In this document: one piece after another, positions 1 through 13,535 of the stretch
How the letters are laid out: the number at the start of each line of letters is the position of its first letter
How positions within the stretch are numbered: position 1 is the first letter of the stretch
From: Laetmonice hystrix
Taxonomy: Eukaryota
Direction of reading: 5' to 3'
Assembly: GCA_965235115.1 (NCBI GenBank)
Contig: OZ249444.1
Span: 23,808,001 to 23,872,000, forward strand
Length of the DNA: 64,000 bases
Notes under the pieces: model-generated
The model's input: only the letters and a program-made list of their open reading frames with translations
Told to the model about the DNA's origin: nothing
The model's database searches: none
Translations under genes and position numbers: made by a program

Positions 1-1640
1 TATACAGATCATAGCGCCGCCTTGTATAACGGTGGTCGGCCTTCTGTGTGGTACGACTTCAGTCGACGGATCTATGCCCGACCTATGGACGTCCTCCACC
101 CTCCTCCCCTCCCATCCACACAAACGTATGAGTTACGAGATCGGACCTCTCTCAGCGCACCTCCCCCCGACCATCGCCCCCGCCTCCCGGGTCCTTGGAT
201 CAATAGGGTCAGATCACGGTTTGAACAAACTGATATACGAGCTGTCTAGGAGTCGTAGGTTTCAATTTTCTCCAGCAGGTTGGTGGGGGGTACGCTCTTA
301 TGGAGCCAGGAGGTTTTTGGTATGTCTGGTCAACATGGGATTTCTCTGTACACCTTCTGCATTTTCTTAACTTCGTCTCCTAAGAAACTTATGTGCTCCC
401 CTGGAATAAAGATTCTGCTTGGATCCAAGTGCAGACATAGTTTAGGTTAAAGTAGTTATCGGCAACCACAACATATTTTTTTAATTAATACGATTTATCG
501 ATGTTAAATCTTACTATATGTACATGTTGTACAATATACTATACACGACCCGTGTTTTGCTATAACCACAGAGTTCTTCATGTAACTTTATCACGACTCT
601 TAATATCTGCACAGTTCAGCGCATTTACCATAATAAGTTAGCGGTTTCAATGCTGCTTTAGAAATTGAATATGTCAAGGGGAACGTATAATACAAAGGCC
701 TGAACATCATCAACCTTTCTGACATTCAATTCTACTCGACTGACAAACAACACAAATGTTAAATTCGTCTCTCAACATTAATTTTTGTTTACAATAGTCC
801 CAGATTTGGAGTTTTAAGATGGAGGAAGCGATGTATAATGTAAATGTAATTACCGAGAGAGATATATGACATGTTATGTCAGAGTAACTGTGCTTGAGGT
901 TTCAGTCAACAGACACGGGTATTGTAAAGTGGTATTGTAAAGTTATAAAATTTCAAGGACTCCCCAGTGAACCAGCGCCTCATCAAACACTCTGTGGAGA
1001 ATACAGGTCTCTCCGACACTCGGACAGGAGGGATTCCCTGGGAGACATTTATTATAACCTCAAGGATTGTTTCTTGACGTGCTCCAACAATCAACACCAA
1101 CCATGGACGTGTAACCCTGATAGACTGGTTCGATCAGGCACGCATCCTGTCTGTGTTCACTTGACAGAAAGAGTGAACATGAAAAGGTTAAGTACTGTCT
1201 CCGACAGTCGAACAGGTCGAGAGAAAACAAGCCAACGTCTGTAAGACTGGCCCAGTGTGGCTGTTAACCCGAGGAAATATTTGCTGATGGAATGTGTTGT
1301 TTCAGCATCATATATTACTGTGCTGTGAGGATCTGACAGTAGCAACAGGATATGCCTGGTTTTTAACTGAGCATTTATTACCTGAAGGTCCAAAAACATT
1401 ATACTACTTCCTGACTACTTCCTTTATTCCACGGACTCAGTGGCCATACCGAAGAGCCCCCCCTTTACTGGTATTCTCCACTATAACGCCCCCCTGACGC
1501 CCCCCCCCCCCCCCCCCCAATACTCGCCTTTTAACATTATTGTTTCAGTTTTCAACTTGCGATCCTTGGTGTAGGAGAGTTTGACTTTTGATTTTTGATG
1601 ATTACCGTTATGAATGATTTGAGGGGGTGTTTCACCTACT

Positions 1641-2307
1641 NNNNNNNNNNNNNNNNNNNNNNNNNNNNNNNNNNNNNNNNNNNNNNNNNNNNNNNNNNNN
1701 NNNNNNNNNNNNNNNNNNNNNNNNNNNNNNNNNNNNNNNNNNNNNNNNNNNNNNNNNNNNNNNNNNNNNNNNNNNNNNNNNNNNNNNNNNNNNNNNNNNN
1801 NNNNNNNNNNNNNNNNNNNNNNNNNNNNNNNNNNNNNNNNNNNNNNNNNNNNNNNNNNNNNNNNNNNNNNNNNNNNNNNNNNNNNNNNNNNNNNNNNNNN
1901 NNNNNNNNNNNNNNNNNNNNNNNNNNNNNNNNNNNNNNNNNNNNNNNNNNNNNNNNNNNNNNNNNNNNNNNNNNNNNNNNNNNNNNNNNNNNNNNNNNNN
2001 NNNNNNNNNNNNNNNNNNNNNNNNNNNNNNNNNNNNNNNNNNNNNNNNNNNNNNNNNNNNNNNNNNNNNNNNNNNNNNNNNNNNNNNNNNNNNNNNNNNN
2101 NNNNNNNNNNNNNNNNNNNNNNNNNNNNNNNNNNNNNNNNNNNNNNNNNNNNNNNNNNNNNNNNNNNNNNNNNNNNNNNNNNNNNNNNNNNNNNNNNNNN
2201 NNNNNNNNNNNNNNNNNNNNNNNNNNNNNNNNNNNNNNNNNNNNNNNNNNNNNNNNNNNNNNNNNNNNNNNNNNNNNNNNNNNNNNNNNNNNNNNNNNNN
2301 NNNNNNN
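1641..2307. other. Assembly gap (run of N)
   Basis: 667 consecutive N; the ORFs at 1481-2362 are artefacts of it. Confidence 0.99.
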
Positions 2308-2686
2308 TGTCTGGGCTACTACGTCTTGTCGACACCTGCCCCTCAACTATGACTATCGGTAGTGTTATCTATACTCCCCCACCTGGCCGTTATTTTAGAC
2401 ATATCGTGTCCCCTCCCACAGTATACCCTCAGGGTCGGGGACGGTGGGGGGGTCTCTCCATGGAGGAGGGGGTGGCAGGTACAGTCACTCGTGTCAGCCC
2501 TGGGGACATCCGCCAGCTGACTGGCGCCACCGTCCTCGACCCAAGTGACCTGCGGCAAGGTCCTGCCAAGGTACCAACACCCCACACTCACCTGAGAGGG
2601 GTCCTACCTGAATGACGTCAAGGGTGACATAATACCCCGTCAGGGTATGAGACTAGACGCGACCATCCAGCGTCTACAATGTCCTA

Positions 2687-4267
2687 CTCCAGTACGATAG
2701 CTGAGCTCCATATGAAGCCTGATATAACTCTACACAATCTATACTCTCAGTAACTTCCAGTCGTGTATCCTCCAGTACGATAGCTGAGCTCCATATGAAA
2801 CCTGATATAACTCTACACAATCTATACTCTCAGTAACTTCCAGTCGTGTGTCCTCCAGTACGATAGCTGAGCTCCATATGAAGCCTGATATAACTCTACA
2901 CAATCTATCCTCTCAGTAACTTCCAGTCGTGTATCCTCCAGTACGATAGCTGAGCTCCATATGAAACCTGATATAACTCTACACAATCTATACTCTCAGT
3001 AACTTCCAGTCGTGTATCCTCCAGTACGATAGCTGAGCTCCATATGAAGCCTGATATAACTCTACACAATCTATCCTCTCAGTAACTTCCAGTCGTGTAT
3101 CCTCCAGTACGATAGCTGAGCTCCATATGAAACCTGATATAACTCTACACAATCTATACTCTCAGTAACTTCCAGTCGTGTATCCTCCAGTACGATAGCT
3201 GAGCTCCATATGAAGCCTGATATAACTCTACACAATCTATACTCTCAGTAACTTCCAGTCGTGTATCCTCCAGTACGATAGCTGAGCTCCATATGAAGCC
3301 TGATATAACTCTACACAATCTATACTCTCAGTAACTTCCAGTCGTGTATCCTCCAGTACGATAGCTGAGCTCCATATGAAACCTGATATAACTCTACACA
3401 ATCTATACTCTCAGTAACTTCCAGTCGTGTATCCTCCAGTACGATAGCTGAGCTCCATATGAAACCTGATATAACTCTACACAATCTATCCTCTCAGTAA
3501 CTTCCAGTCGTGTATCCTCCAGTACGATAGCTGAGCTCCATATGAAGCCTGATATAACTCTACACAATCTATACTCTCAGTAACTTCCAGTCGTGTATCC
3601 TCCAGTACGATAGCTGAGCTCCATATGAAACCTGATATAACTCTACACAATCTATACTCTCAGTAACTTCCAGTCGTGTGTCCTCCAGTACGATAGCTGA
3701 GCTCCATATGAAACCTGATATAACTCTACACAATCTATACTCTCAGTAACTTCCAGTCGTGTGTCCTCCAGTACGATAGCTGAGCTCCATATGAAACCTG
3801 ATATAACTCTACACAATCTATACTCTCAGTAACTTCCAGTCGTGTATCCTCCAGTACGATAGCTGAGCTCCATATGAAGCCTGATATAACTCTACACAAT
3901 CTATACTCTCAGTAACTTCCAGTCGTGTATCCTCCAGTACGATAGCTGAGCTCCATATGAAGCCTGATATAACTCTACACAATCTATACTCTCAGTAACT
4001 TCCAGTCGTGTGTCCTCCAGTACGATAGCTGAGCTCCATATGAAGCCTGATATAACTCTACACAATCTATCCTCTCAGTAACTTCCAGTCGTGTATCCTC
4101 CAGTACGATAGCTGAGCTCCATATGAAGCCTGATATAACTCTACACAATCTATCCTCTCAGTAACTTCCAGTCGTGTATCCTCCAGTACGATAGCTGAGC
4201 TCCATATGAAGCCTGATATAACTCTACACAATCTATACTCTCAGTAACTTCCAGTCGTGTATCCTCC
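2687..4267. repeat. 83-bp tandem repeat, ~19 near-identical copies
   Basis: Unit ctccagtacgatagctgagctccatatgaa(g/a)cctgatataactctacacaatctat(a/c)ctctcagtaacttccagtcgtgt(a/g)tc; only three variable positions seen. Confidence 0.98.
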
Positions 4268-7200
4268 GTTGTCAGTTCACATTTAGACCCCGAGGGCCCT
4301 CTCCCACCGGACACAGTGACACAAACACCCGTCCATTCAGCCTTTCTTCGCTTCCATTTACGGCAATTTTACCGGCGTAATTTCAAACTTTGGACCAATT
4401 TTCCTCTTATTTCCTCGAGGGTGCAAACAGACGGCTGGGTCAGACCACCGTCTGCTGCTCATCAAAACGTTTTAATTCACAAGACAAGAGTAAAATCTCC
4501 ATCCACTGTCTGCACCAATTACAGCCCGGAGGAGGCCGGCAAAGCCCTTTAACCATGCGCGGTAAAAGGAAGAAACGACACGGCGTCCAATTAGACGACT
4601 GGTTGGACAATTTGCCATTTGGATAGGACGACGAAAGGAACGCTTCCCCAGGCAGACACGCGTGGATCAGCATCCTATCAACATCATTGTGTCAGGCGGG
4701 CATTCTCTTAGGGAGGGATGCAGGGTATCAGAACATCGGCACGTAGGGGAGGGGGGGGGTCTGGCTGCCCCCGGCTCCCACCCCCAATAGTCGTTCTGGG
4801 TCCATCTGTCAGACACAATATTAAAGAAAACAAAAACAACGAACATAATTCTGTACGTCCCTACCAATCATCTTGGTGAAATCCAAAACACGACCTTCAG
4901 CATTGTGAGATACATTAAAATGTCCCAGTTTAATGAGCATAATCGTATAAGCTTCTTTTACGATCAGTGGGTCGGCATACTGGTATTCCAATATAGACTG
5001 TCCTGAAATTAATCATGTTTGAGTCAAACAAACGGCACACTGGCTGCCCAAGTCCGCATGGACAAACCAGTCATGGTATACTGATACCAGATACATGTGT
5101 ATAACATATCAGGGAGGTTCCCCCCACTAGAAGATCACACTGTTGGCCTTTCCATATTATCGCATATTTGGCTGGTATGGTTTCCTTCAAGGTGACACTA
5201 GAAAGAACGTATTAAAATGACTGCAGTCTCATTGAGAGATTCTAACAAAAGTAAGATTATGTCGTATAATGCACGGTACTCACCCTATTAATGTCCACCT
5301 GTTGGTAGTAATAATTGTCAATGATCTTAAAATAGTAGAAGACCTCCTCACTGTTAATCCACATATCTCCTGACGGGCCCATGGTAATCCACTTTAATCC
5401 TGTATATCAGGAGTGAAAACTAAGTAAATCTTCAGTAAAGACTCAACGTAATCCTCAGAGCTTTGATTTCAGAAAGGTTTGACCGTACGCGACCGTGTCA
5501 AACCAACAGTGGCGCCCTCTCTCTTAATCCGGGGATCAAAACACAAGAGTTCAGTAGAAGTGAGTTGGCCGACTGATGAGAGCAGAGTTATAATCTGGAT
5601 GATGATGTTAACAATCTGCCATCTAGTTCACATCCTTGCAGCGCTGGTCTATCCATTATTGGTCCATTATTGGTACCAACGGCGTCTTTAAACTGGTTCC
5701 TCCACATATACAGATTTCTCATTTCGTTCTCCGTGACTAGTTGTCATGACACTATCATGTCATTCGATTTGTCACCACTGGAGGGTTTCATTTCTAACAC
5801 GTTCTCCCAGTTATAGAACCACAGACACGTTCAGGATAAGATGTCCCCTGACGACGGTCCAGATCTAGTCTGTTTCTCGTCTAGCTAACCCACACTGAAT
5901 AGAAAACAATGAGAGAATCAATCAAAACCGTCCTGTTCAACAACAACAACAGTTCTGAGCTCACAGCCTCCGTGATGTGAATCCCATCGACTGAGTGGAT
6001 ATGTGGATAGGACGGTTCGTCCACACGCACCTGGCATTGTGGGTCACAATTACCTCATCACCAGCCACTTAGTACAGGTGTGACGTAATCTGCCTGGATA
6101 CCACACCTGTGTACGGATGCGGGTCGTCTTGACAACGCATCACCTCAACAATTTTAACCTAGACACTAGCTGGAGCTATAACAGAGGGTCCTGGTCAACA
6201 TTCCACTCCACCAATTCAACAGATACTTGGCAGTCTTCATGAGACACCAATGGGACGTCTTTTCTTCAGTCTCTTCTAGAGTCTTTCTTCGATCCGACCA
6301 ACTACTGTGGCTCCCCCTCTCGGCGGTGGTGAGAACCCCGCTCGCTGTACACGGTCGCGTTGCTAGGATACGGCTGGTTGTAGGCACACAAAAGCACGTG
6401 GCGCGCCACGACCATGGAATCAGTGGGTCTGGTTGTGATGGCTGGGTGGGATCGACTGCTCACAGCCAAGTCAACAATGCCGTATTTAGTTTGTTAGTAG
6501 GACGGCGGCGTCCAGCGATGATATCTGCACCGGTTGGGGCGGTAAGGGTTAATCTCATCACCCCTCGCCTCTCTCTAATGTTGGCCTGGTAATGAAAATC
6601 TAGCGCAGGATAATGAAATCAACATGCAGCCATAATAGTGGTTGTGGCGTGGTGCAGCCCCGCTGAGGACACAGATAAAACGGCTAATTCCATACACAGA
6701 TTACGATAAGGTCGGCTCAATGGATCAACTAGTAACTTGGACAGATCCGACTGATGACTTTTGATATCAAACTTCACAAGATAAACTGGCGTCTAAGGAG
6801 CGTTGTTTGATGAGGTTTCCCAGGAGCGGGAGAAAACCTGTCCTGTGGTAATCCACTAACCCTTGCTAATCTGAGATGATCCAATCAAGAGCTGGTCATG
6901 GTAATCCGTACCAGGCTAGACTGATTACAGTCATAATCCCCACTGTAATAACGTATAGCGGATAAATCTGTACAAAATGGTGCTATCTTCCTTGAGACAC
7001 ACAACTCTGAACGTCATACGAACCAATAAATAGAATAAATAGATAAATATCGAAATAAAGTATGCACAACAATTTACGGCAGAGGTACTCCTCCTTCACA
7101 TCGTCTTCAGGTAGCTTCAAGTATTTCAGGCGATAACAAGCTCTTTATACAACAACAGTGGTTAGTATTGATGATGATAATGATATCACAGTTCAATCAA

Positions 7201-7588
7201 CGGTTGCGGTTTCCCTGGTAGTTACCAGTAAACCGGGGTGTGGTGAGTTCTAGGCGGGATCGGTCGGCCCTCCTCTATCACAGTGACCGCGCGAGTGGGG
7301 CGCCGCATGGCCGTACACTCCCACCGCAGCCTGAGGCTGGCCACACATCGTACATCATGCTGTAGTTATCGATCGACCCTCCGGGGTACGGTCCGTTTCT
7401 ATGCCCCCCGTCGGCGCTGTTGTTACCCTAGTGGGGTGGTGGTGGGGGTGGGAAGGCGGGAGGGATCCAGGACGGGTGGCTGGGGGACAATCTGGGGTTG
7501 AATCCTGCTGGCATGGCTTGACTCGCCTGACTCACGGTTGGACGGTGTAGTGTGGGCGATCAGTGAGGGTTGGTAGTGTTGGTGGTGA

Positions 7589-8702
7589 CTGGTGCACACT
7601 TCCCGATGTGTTTGTACACAGTCATTGACACAGCTCCAGTAATGGTTCCAGTATCATCGCCTGGTGCAGTAATGCACACTTCCCGATGTGGTTGTACACA
7701 GTCATTGACACAGCTCCAGTAATGGTTCCAGTATCATCGCCTGGTGCAGTAATGTACACTTCCCGATGTGGTTGTACACAGTCATTGACACAGCTCCAGT
7801 AATCGTTCCAGTATCATCGCCTGGTGCAGTAATGTACACTTCCCGATGTGTTTGTACACAGTCATTGACACAGCTCCAGTAATGGTTCCAGTATCATCGC
7901 CTGGTGCAGTAATGTACACTTCCCGATGTGTTTGTACACAGTCATTGACACAGCTCCAGTAATGGTTCCAGTATCATCGCCTGGTGCAGTACTGCACACT
8001 TCCCGATGTGTTTGTACACAGTCATTGACACAGCTCCAGTAATGGTTCCAGTATCATCACCTGGTGCAGTAATGTACACTTCCCGATGTGCTTGTACACA
8101 GTCATTGACACAGCTCCAGTAATGGTTCCAGTATCATCGCCTGGTGCAGTAATGTACACTTCCCGATATGGTTGTACACAGTCATTGACACAGCTCCAGT
8201 AATGGTTCCAGTATCATCACCTGGTGCAGTAATGTACACTTCCCGATGTGTTTGTACACAGTCATTGACACAGCTCCAGTAATGGTTCCAGTATCATCGC
8301 CTGGTGCAGTAATGCACACTTCCCGATGTGTTTGTACACAGTCATTGACACAGCTCCAGTAATGGTTCCAGTATCATCGCCTGGTGCAGTAATGTACACT
8401 TCCCGATGTGTTTGTACACAGTCATTGACACAGCTCCAGTAATGGTTCCAGTATCATCGCCTGGTGCAGTAATGTACACTTCCCGATGTGGTTGTACACA
8501 GTCATTGACACAGCTCCAGTAATGGTTCCAGTATCATCGCCTGGTGCAGTAATGTACACTTCCCGATGTGTTTGTACACAGTCATTGACACAGCTCCAGT
8601 AATCGTTCCAGTATCATCGCCTGGTGCAGTAATGTACACTTCCCGATGTGTTTGTACACAGTCATTGACACAGCTCCAGTAATGGTTCCAGTATCCTCGC
8701 CG
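7589..8702. repeat. 80-bp tandem repeat, ~14 copies
   Basis: Unit acacttcccgatgtgtttgtacacagtcattgacacagctccagtaatggttccagtatcatcgcctggtgcagtaatgt. Confidence 0.98.
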
Positions 8703-9650
8703 CCTTCACTCTCCAACGTTCAGTTTCTCTAATATCATCAATGATATCACTTCCTTTGTTCTCCACCATCCACTGGGCCAAACTCGCAATCTGCACACTT
8801 CCTAAACCCACTCGGCCGTACAAAAATATACTCTGTTATAGAAACCTGGAGAACTATCCCCTAGAGTTTGCTTGTGATGCCCATTATAAATCTATGAATC
8901 CGTGGTGATAGGTTGAGATGTTATCCTTGACTCCCAGGTGAGATCCAGGTGAGCACAGACTCGGCCAGTCTCTTGTTGTTGGCCAGGTGTAAACATCAAC
9001 ACGTGTGACCGGCTATTAACGGTGCAGGTGGGACTACCTCAAGGTGCCCCGTGACGATAACACACCATCGTTTATACCTGGCTCACACTGAGAACCTATT
9101 GTTAATCATCAACCTTGTTTACTTTCTCCACAGCCTTGAGCGGCTGATGGTTGAGAGTTCTGCAATGTTTTATGCCAGACCTCCAGTGGACCAATCAGGT
9201 GCGGTGTTGGTTCCCTCCCATGGCCCACACAAAGGTATGACTTGCCCACCTGTTCTGGCGGGTGCTCGCGACCCGTTGACTGGCGCTCTCTCTCTCCGCT
9301 ACACGTGCCACCTCACTCAGGCTCAGCCGCCGGGTAATAACTCCATGCTAACTTCCCAGTGCTAACTCCACCGCGTTTCGTACTCCACTTATCCAGCTCC
9401 ACAATCCACAATCCAGGGTGGTGTGGCTGTGAGATGGTGGCGGTCGACCTTGTAGTTTGGACTCCTGGTTGCTAGTCCTGCACGTGCGCGTGTGTTTGGG
9501 CGCGTGTGTCGTGTCTCAGAGAGCAGGAGAATTGATGCGGGAGCTCGATCGGTTCAAACCTCCAGCCCCACGTGCCAGGCTTGTTACTGTGGCAACAGAG
9601 GCACTGATTGGATGGCTCTGTGAGGGGGTACTGAGGGAGGGACTGGCTGG

Positions 9651-9690
9651 GCGGCAGCAGCAGCAGCGGCAGCAGCAGCAGCAGCAGCAG
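9651..9690 (+). repeat. Interrupted (CAG)n trinucleotide microsatellite
   Basis: gcggcagcagcagcagcggcagcagcagcagcagcagcag. Confidence 0.9.
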
Positions 9691-11555
9691 CCGTAACTAC
9701 TGACAAGTATACAATCTGCCAGGCGATTTGTCCCTCCGTATTAGTGTCTGCGTCCATCTAATCTGTCTATATCTGTACATCAGGCATCATGTGCCGTGGT
9801 GGCCGCGGTCAGGGCTGGGTGTGGCTGGCCGGGTGAAGCCGGCAGTCGGTGGGGGTGGAGTACGGAAGACGGAGAACGATTGGCCGGGACTGTCACGCCC
9901 TATCCCCATCAACCTGCCAGCGGGACCCCCGGGTACTGCGTGCGGAGGGCTCGATCTACGCTACACTGGTAACACCATCAAGACCACGTGCCAACGCTCG
10001 CTGCCTGGCTGGCTGGCTCCCAGCGGTGGGCAAGGACTTGAGTAGGACGTCTAGGACATTGACAGCTGAGGAAACTTAATGGCAGGTGTGTGGGCTGTCC
10101 GGACAGGAGAGAGGGACCCTGGTCGACTGTCACATTCACACGGGTGTCAGGCGATGGGGGTGAAGGTAATTCCCCCTCCTGATCACCGGGATGCCATAGT
10201 TAACACCCCATCCGAGAACGAACCCCCTCAGTGTGTGCGTACTGGACGTGCTGTCCGCGCGTTCCTTGCGGACCGCTGGTGCACGACGTCCGTGGTATTT
10301 ACACAATGAACAGCTGCTAGCCCACACCGGCCACCTTCAGAAGGTCAACACGATCGGCTTGCCATACGACAGCAGATGTCGGCGACACTCGCCGATTGAC
10401 TGACTGTGACGCTGCCAATCATACGAAACAAGCCACGCCCCCACCACCCTGAGTGACAGTTGGTCACGTGTATATGATACATACCCACCCTGATACCTAC
10501 ACGTCATCCACCCTGGCCCTAAAGTTAGACTACCTGTCCCGAGTCAGTAGACCCTCAGCCTCATGCCCCCAGTCAGTACCCAGACCCAAAGGTACCTGAC
10601 AGCTGCCTGGCGTCAAAAACTGACATCCACTTTGTGAAGGGCTATGATCACCGACTGTAGATGACCTTTGACCCCTGCTGTCATCACGTGACCACACGAA
10701 CCTCCTTGGCCAGAAGAAGAGGTGAAGAGCCGTCTACCTGTTGTCAAACAAACGCAGTATTTCGGAATGTGACATTTAAAACGCTCCCGCCATTCTCTTC
10801 CCTGTCCAGGTAAACCTCCCTGCTGCCCTCTCCGGACACTGATGAACGCCGCTCTGCCATCAGTTGCCATAGTTACCAGGTCTTCTAATAATTACCTTGC
10901 TCAAGGAGCATCATGTCAAGGCAGGTTTTCTTACAACCGAAGGTGACAGCCTTGTAAAGATGTTTAAACGTACCACCTATACCGTATCAGTGAGGGACGG
11001 TTTGAGAAAACCCAGCTGCTCTTGTATAGATGAGAGCCTGAATGTTGCTGCCTGATCTACAGACTAACTTTGACATCCATCGTGACCTTGAGGGGTAGAA
11101 TCGTATAGGAATTATTGCTATTTTTATTCAAAAGTCAAGCATTCATTCCTGCTACAAATCCTTCAGTCTGAAAGACATTTTACCGGACGTTCTCCATTCA
11201 TAACCCTTTTTGCGCGCACCAAATACACAAACCGCCTAGGTAACATATACGAAATACAAAATATATCAAATAAAACTAGATAGAAACAGAAAGCAGTAGA
11301 TCTATGGCATGCATGGATATGAACCCAATATTACTTGTACATATTGCAAAGTGTACGCTATCATGGAAGCCATCAGAGATGTGGGACTATTACCTGAGGT
11401 TAGCCACCCATCTCGTGCCCTGGGACTGGTAGAAGTCTGGTGGGGGCCGGTTTGTTAGTAAGTATGATGGCGGTTGTGTGACCTGTGCCCAATCGTGTAG
11501 CTGTCGGTGTTTTAGGGGCCTGGAGGGGGTGCAGTAATCATGTTTATCGCTCCCA

Positions 11556-11608
11556 GTCATGTGATCATGTACTGGTCAATGATCACATGACGTGATCAAA
11601 ATGGCGGC
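11556..11608 (+). promoter_or_regulatory. Promoter-like motif cluster: inverted pair of M-box/CLEAR-like sites plus a YY1-like motif
   Basis: Perfect 13-bp inverted repeat gtcatgtgatcat-N10-atgatcacatgac, then tgacgtga and caaaatggcggc; CCAAT boxes follow. Function is inferred only. Confidence 0.35.
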
Positions 11609-12418
11609 CTTCACATAGCAAACTCTATGATCCAATCACATGACACTATAGTTGTAGGGGTAACTAATCACATAAACATTTAGGACAATTAATGTCCCTT
11701 TATTTTAAGGAACGCCGTATTGGACCAATCTTCAATATACTCCAATCATCAATATACTGCAGTAACTAAATTCACAATAAACTGCTCAAGTGAAGTGGAA
11801 AATCTGTCGTGATTTACAGATTTCACGTGGAAATAAATCAAGCACACATTCTACTGATCGTTAATCTAATATATCGATATATTCCTGAATCTTATCCACC
11901 GACCATCGGACGATTCTACCGCTTTTAACAGCAACTGGTCCGATTTTCTTTCTCTCCGGTGTCTAAATATAGGGGAGAGCGGAAAGATGCTGAAGGGGAC
12001 TCCGCAGAGAGAGTAGGGAACTGTTTCCTGCTCACTCCAAGTCCTTCTGTCAGCAATTATTTGTGAGATGAAATGTCTTTGCACGTCTGGTCTTTATGTT
12101 TTAGTTGATGTGGATCAAGTATCACTACAAGACGTGAGAGGTTGACAGAGGGGTCGAGTTACCCAACATCCATCAACCACTCCATCGAGAATCCACTTGT
12201 CACACCACTGATGATTGGTAACTGAAGATGGGTGAATGCATTGAGGATTGGCCGGGATCGAAACAGCCTTCAAATGGCTCGCTCGTCAGGAATCCTCCAT
12301 GTATGCTGTCATTCTGGGGGAAAATCTTTATCGTCATAACGCACCCAAACACGTTCTGGGGAAACTTGAACTTGTCAACACTACCGCGAACTAGGATAGT
12401 TCTCCACTCTACGAATGA

Positions 12419-13535
12419 CAGCCAGGTATGGGGCATGGATCAAAGCAGCCAGGTATGGGGCATGGATCAAAACAGCCAGGTATGGGGCATGGATCAAAGC
12501 ATGCAGCCAGGTATGGGGCATGATTCAAAGCAGCCGGGTATGGGGCATGGATCAAAGCAGCCAGGTATGGGGCATGGATCAAAGCATGCAGCCAGGTATG
12601 GGGCATGATTCAAAGCAGCCAGGTATGGGGCATGGATCAAAGCAGCCAGGTATGGGGCATGGATCAAAGCATGCAGCCAGGTATGGGGCATGATTCAAAG
12701 CAGCCGGGTATGGGGCATGGATCAAAGCAGCCGGGTATGGGGCATGGATCAAAGCAGCCAGGTATGGGGCATGGATCAAAGCATGCAGCCAGGTATGGGG
12801 CATGATTCAAAGCAGCCGGGTATGGGGCATGGATCAAAGCAGCCGGGTATGGGGCGTGGATAAAAGCAGCCAGGTATGGGGCATGGATGAAACCAGCCAG
12901 GTATGGGGCATGGATCAAAGCAGCCAGGTATGGGGCATGGATGAAACCAGCCAGGTATGGGGCATGGATCAAAGCAGCCAGGTATGGGGCATGGATCAAA
13001 GCAGCCAGGTATGGGACATGGATCAAAGCAGCCAGGTATGGGGCATGGATCAAAGCAGCCAGGTATGGGGCATGGATGAAACCAGCCAGGTATGGGGCAT
13101 GGATCAAAGCAGCCAGGTATGGGGCATGGATGAAACCAGCCAGGTATGGGGCATGGATCAAAGCAGCCAGGTATGGGGCATGGATCAAAGCAGCCAGGTA
13201 TGGGGCATGGATGAAACCAGCCAGGTATGGGGCATGGATGAAACCAGCCAGGTATGGGGCATGGATCAAAGCCAGGTATGGGGCATGGATCAAAGCAGCC
13301 AGGTATGGGGCATGGATCAAAGCAGCCAGGTATGGGGCATGGATCAAAGAAGCCAGGTATGGGGCATGGATCAAAGCAGCCAGGTATGGGGCATGGATCA
13401 AAGCCAGGTATGGGGCATGGATCAAAGCAGCCAGGTATGGGGCATGGATCAAAGCAGCCAGGTATGGGGCATGGATCAAAGCAGCCAGGTATGGGGCATG
13501 GATCAAAGCAGCCAGGTATGGGGCATGGGTCAAAG
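12419..13535. repeat. 27-bp minisatellite, ~41 copies, with an 85-bp higher-order unit in its 5' part
   Basis: Unit cagccaggtatggggcatggatcaaag; the variant aaagcatgcagcc recurs at 85, 85 and 112 bp spacing. It explains the ORFs at 12228-13654. Confidence 0.97.

Noticed and set aside
1481-2362. Four long ORFs of 236-284 aa
   Set aside because: They consist of translated N from the assembly gap.
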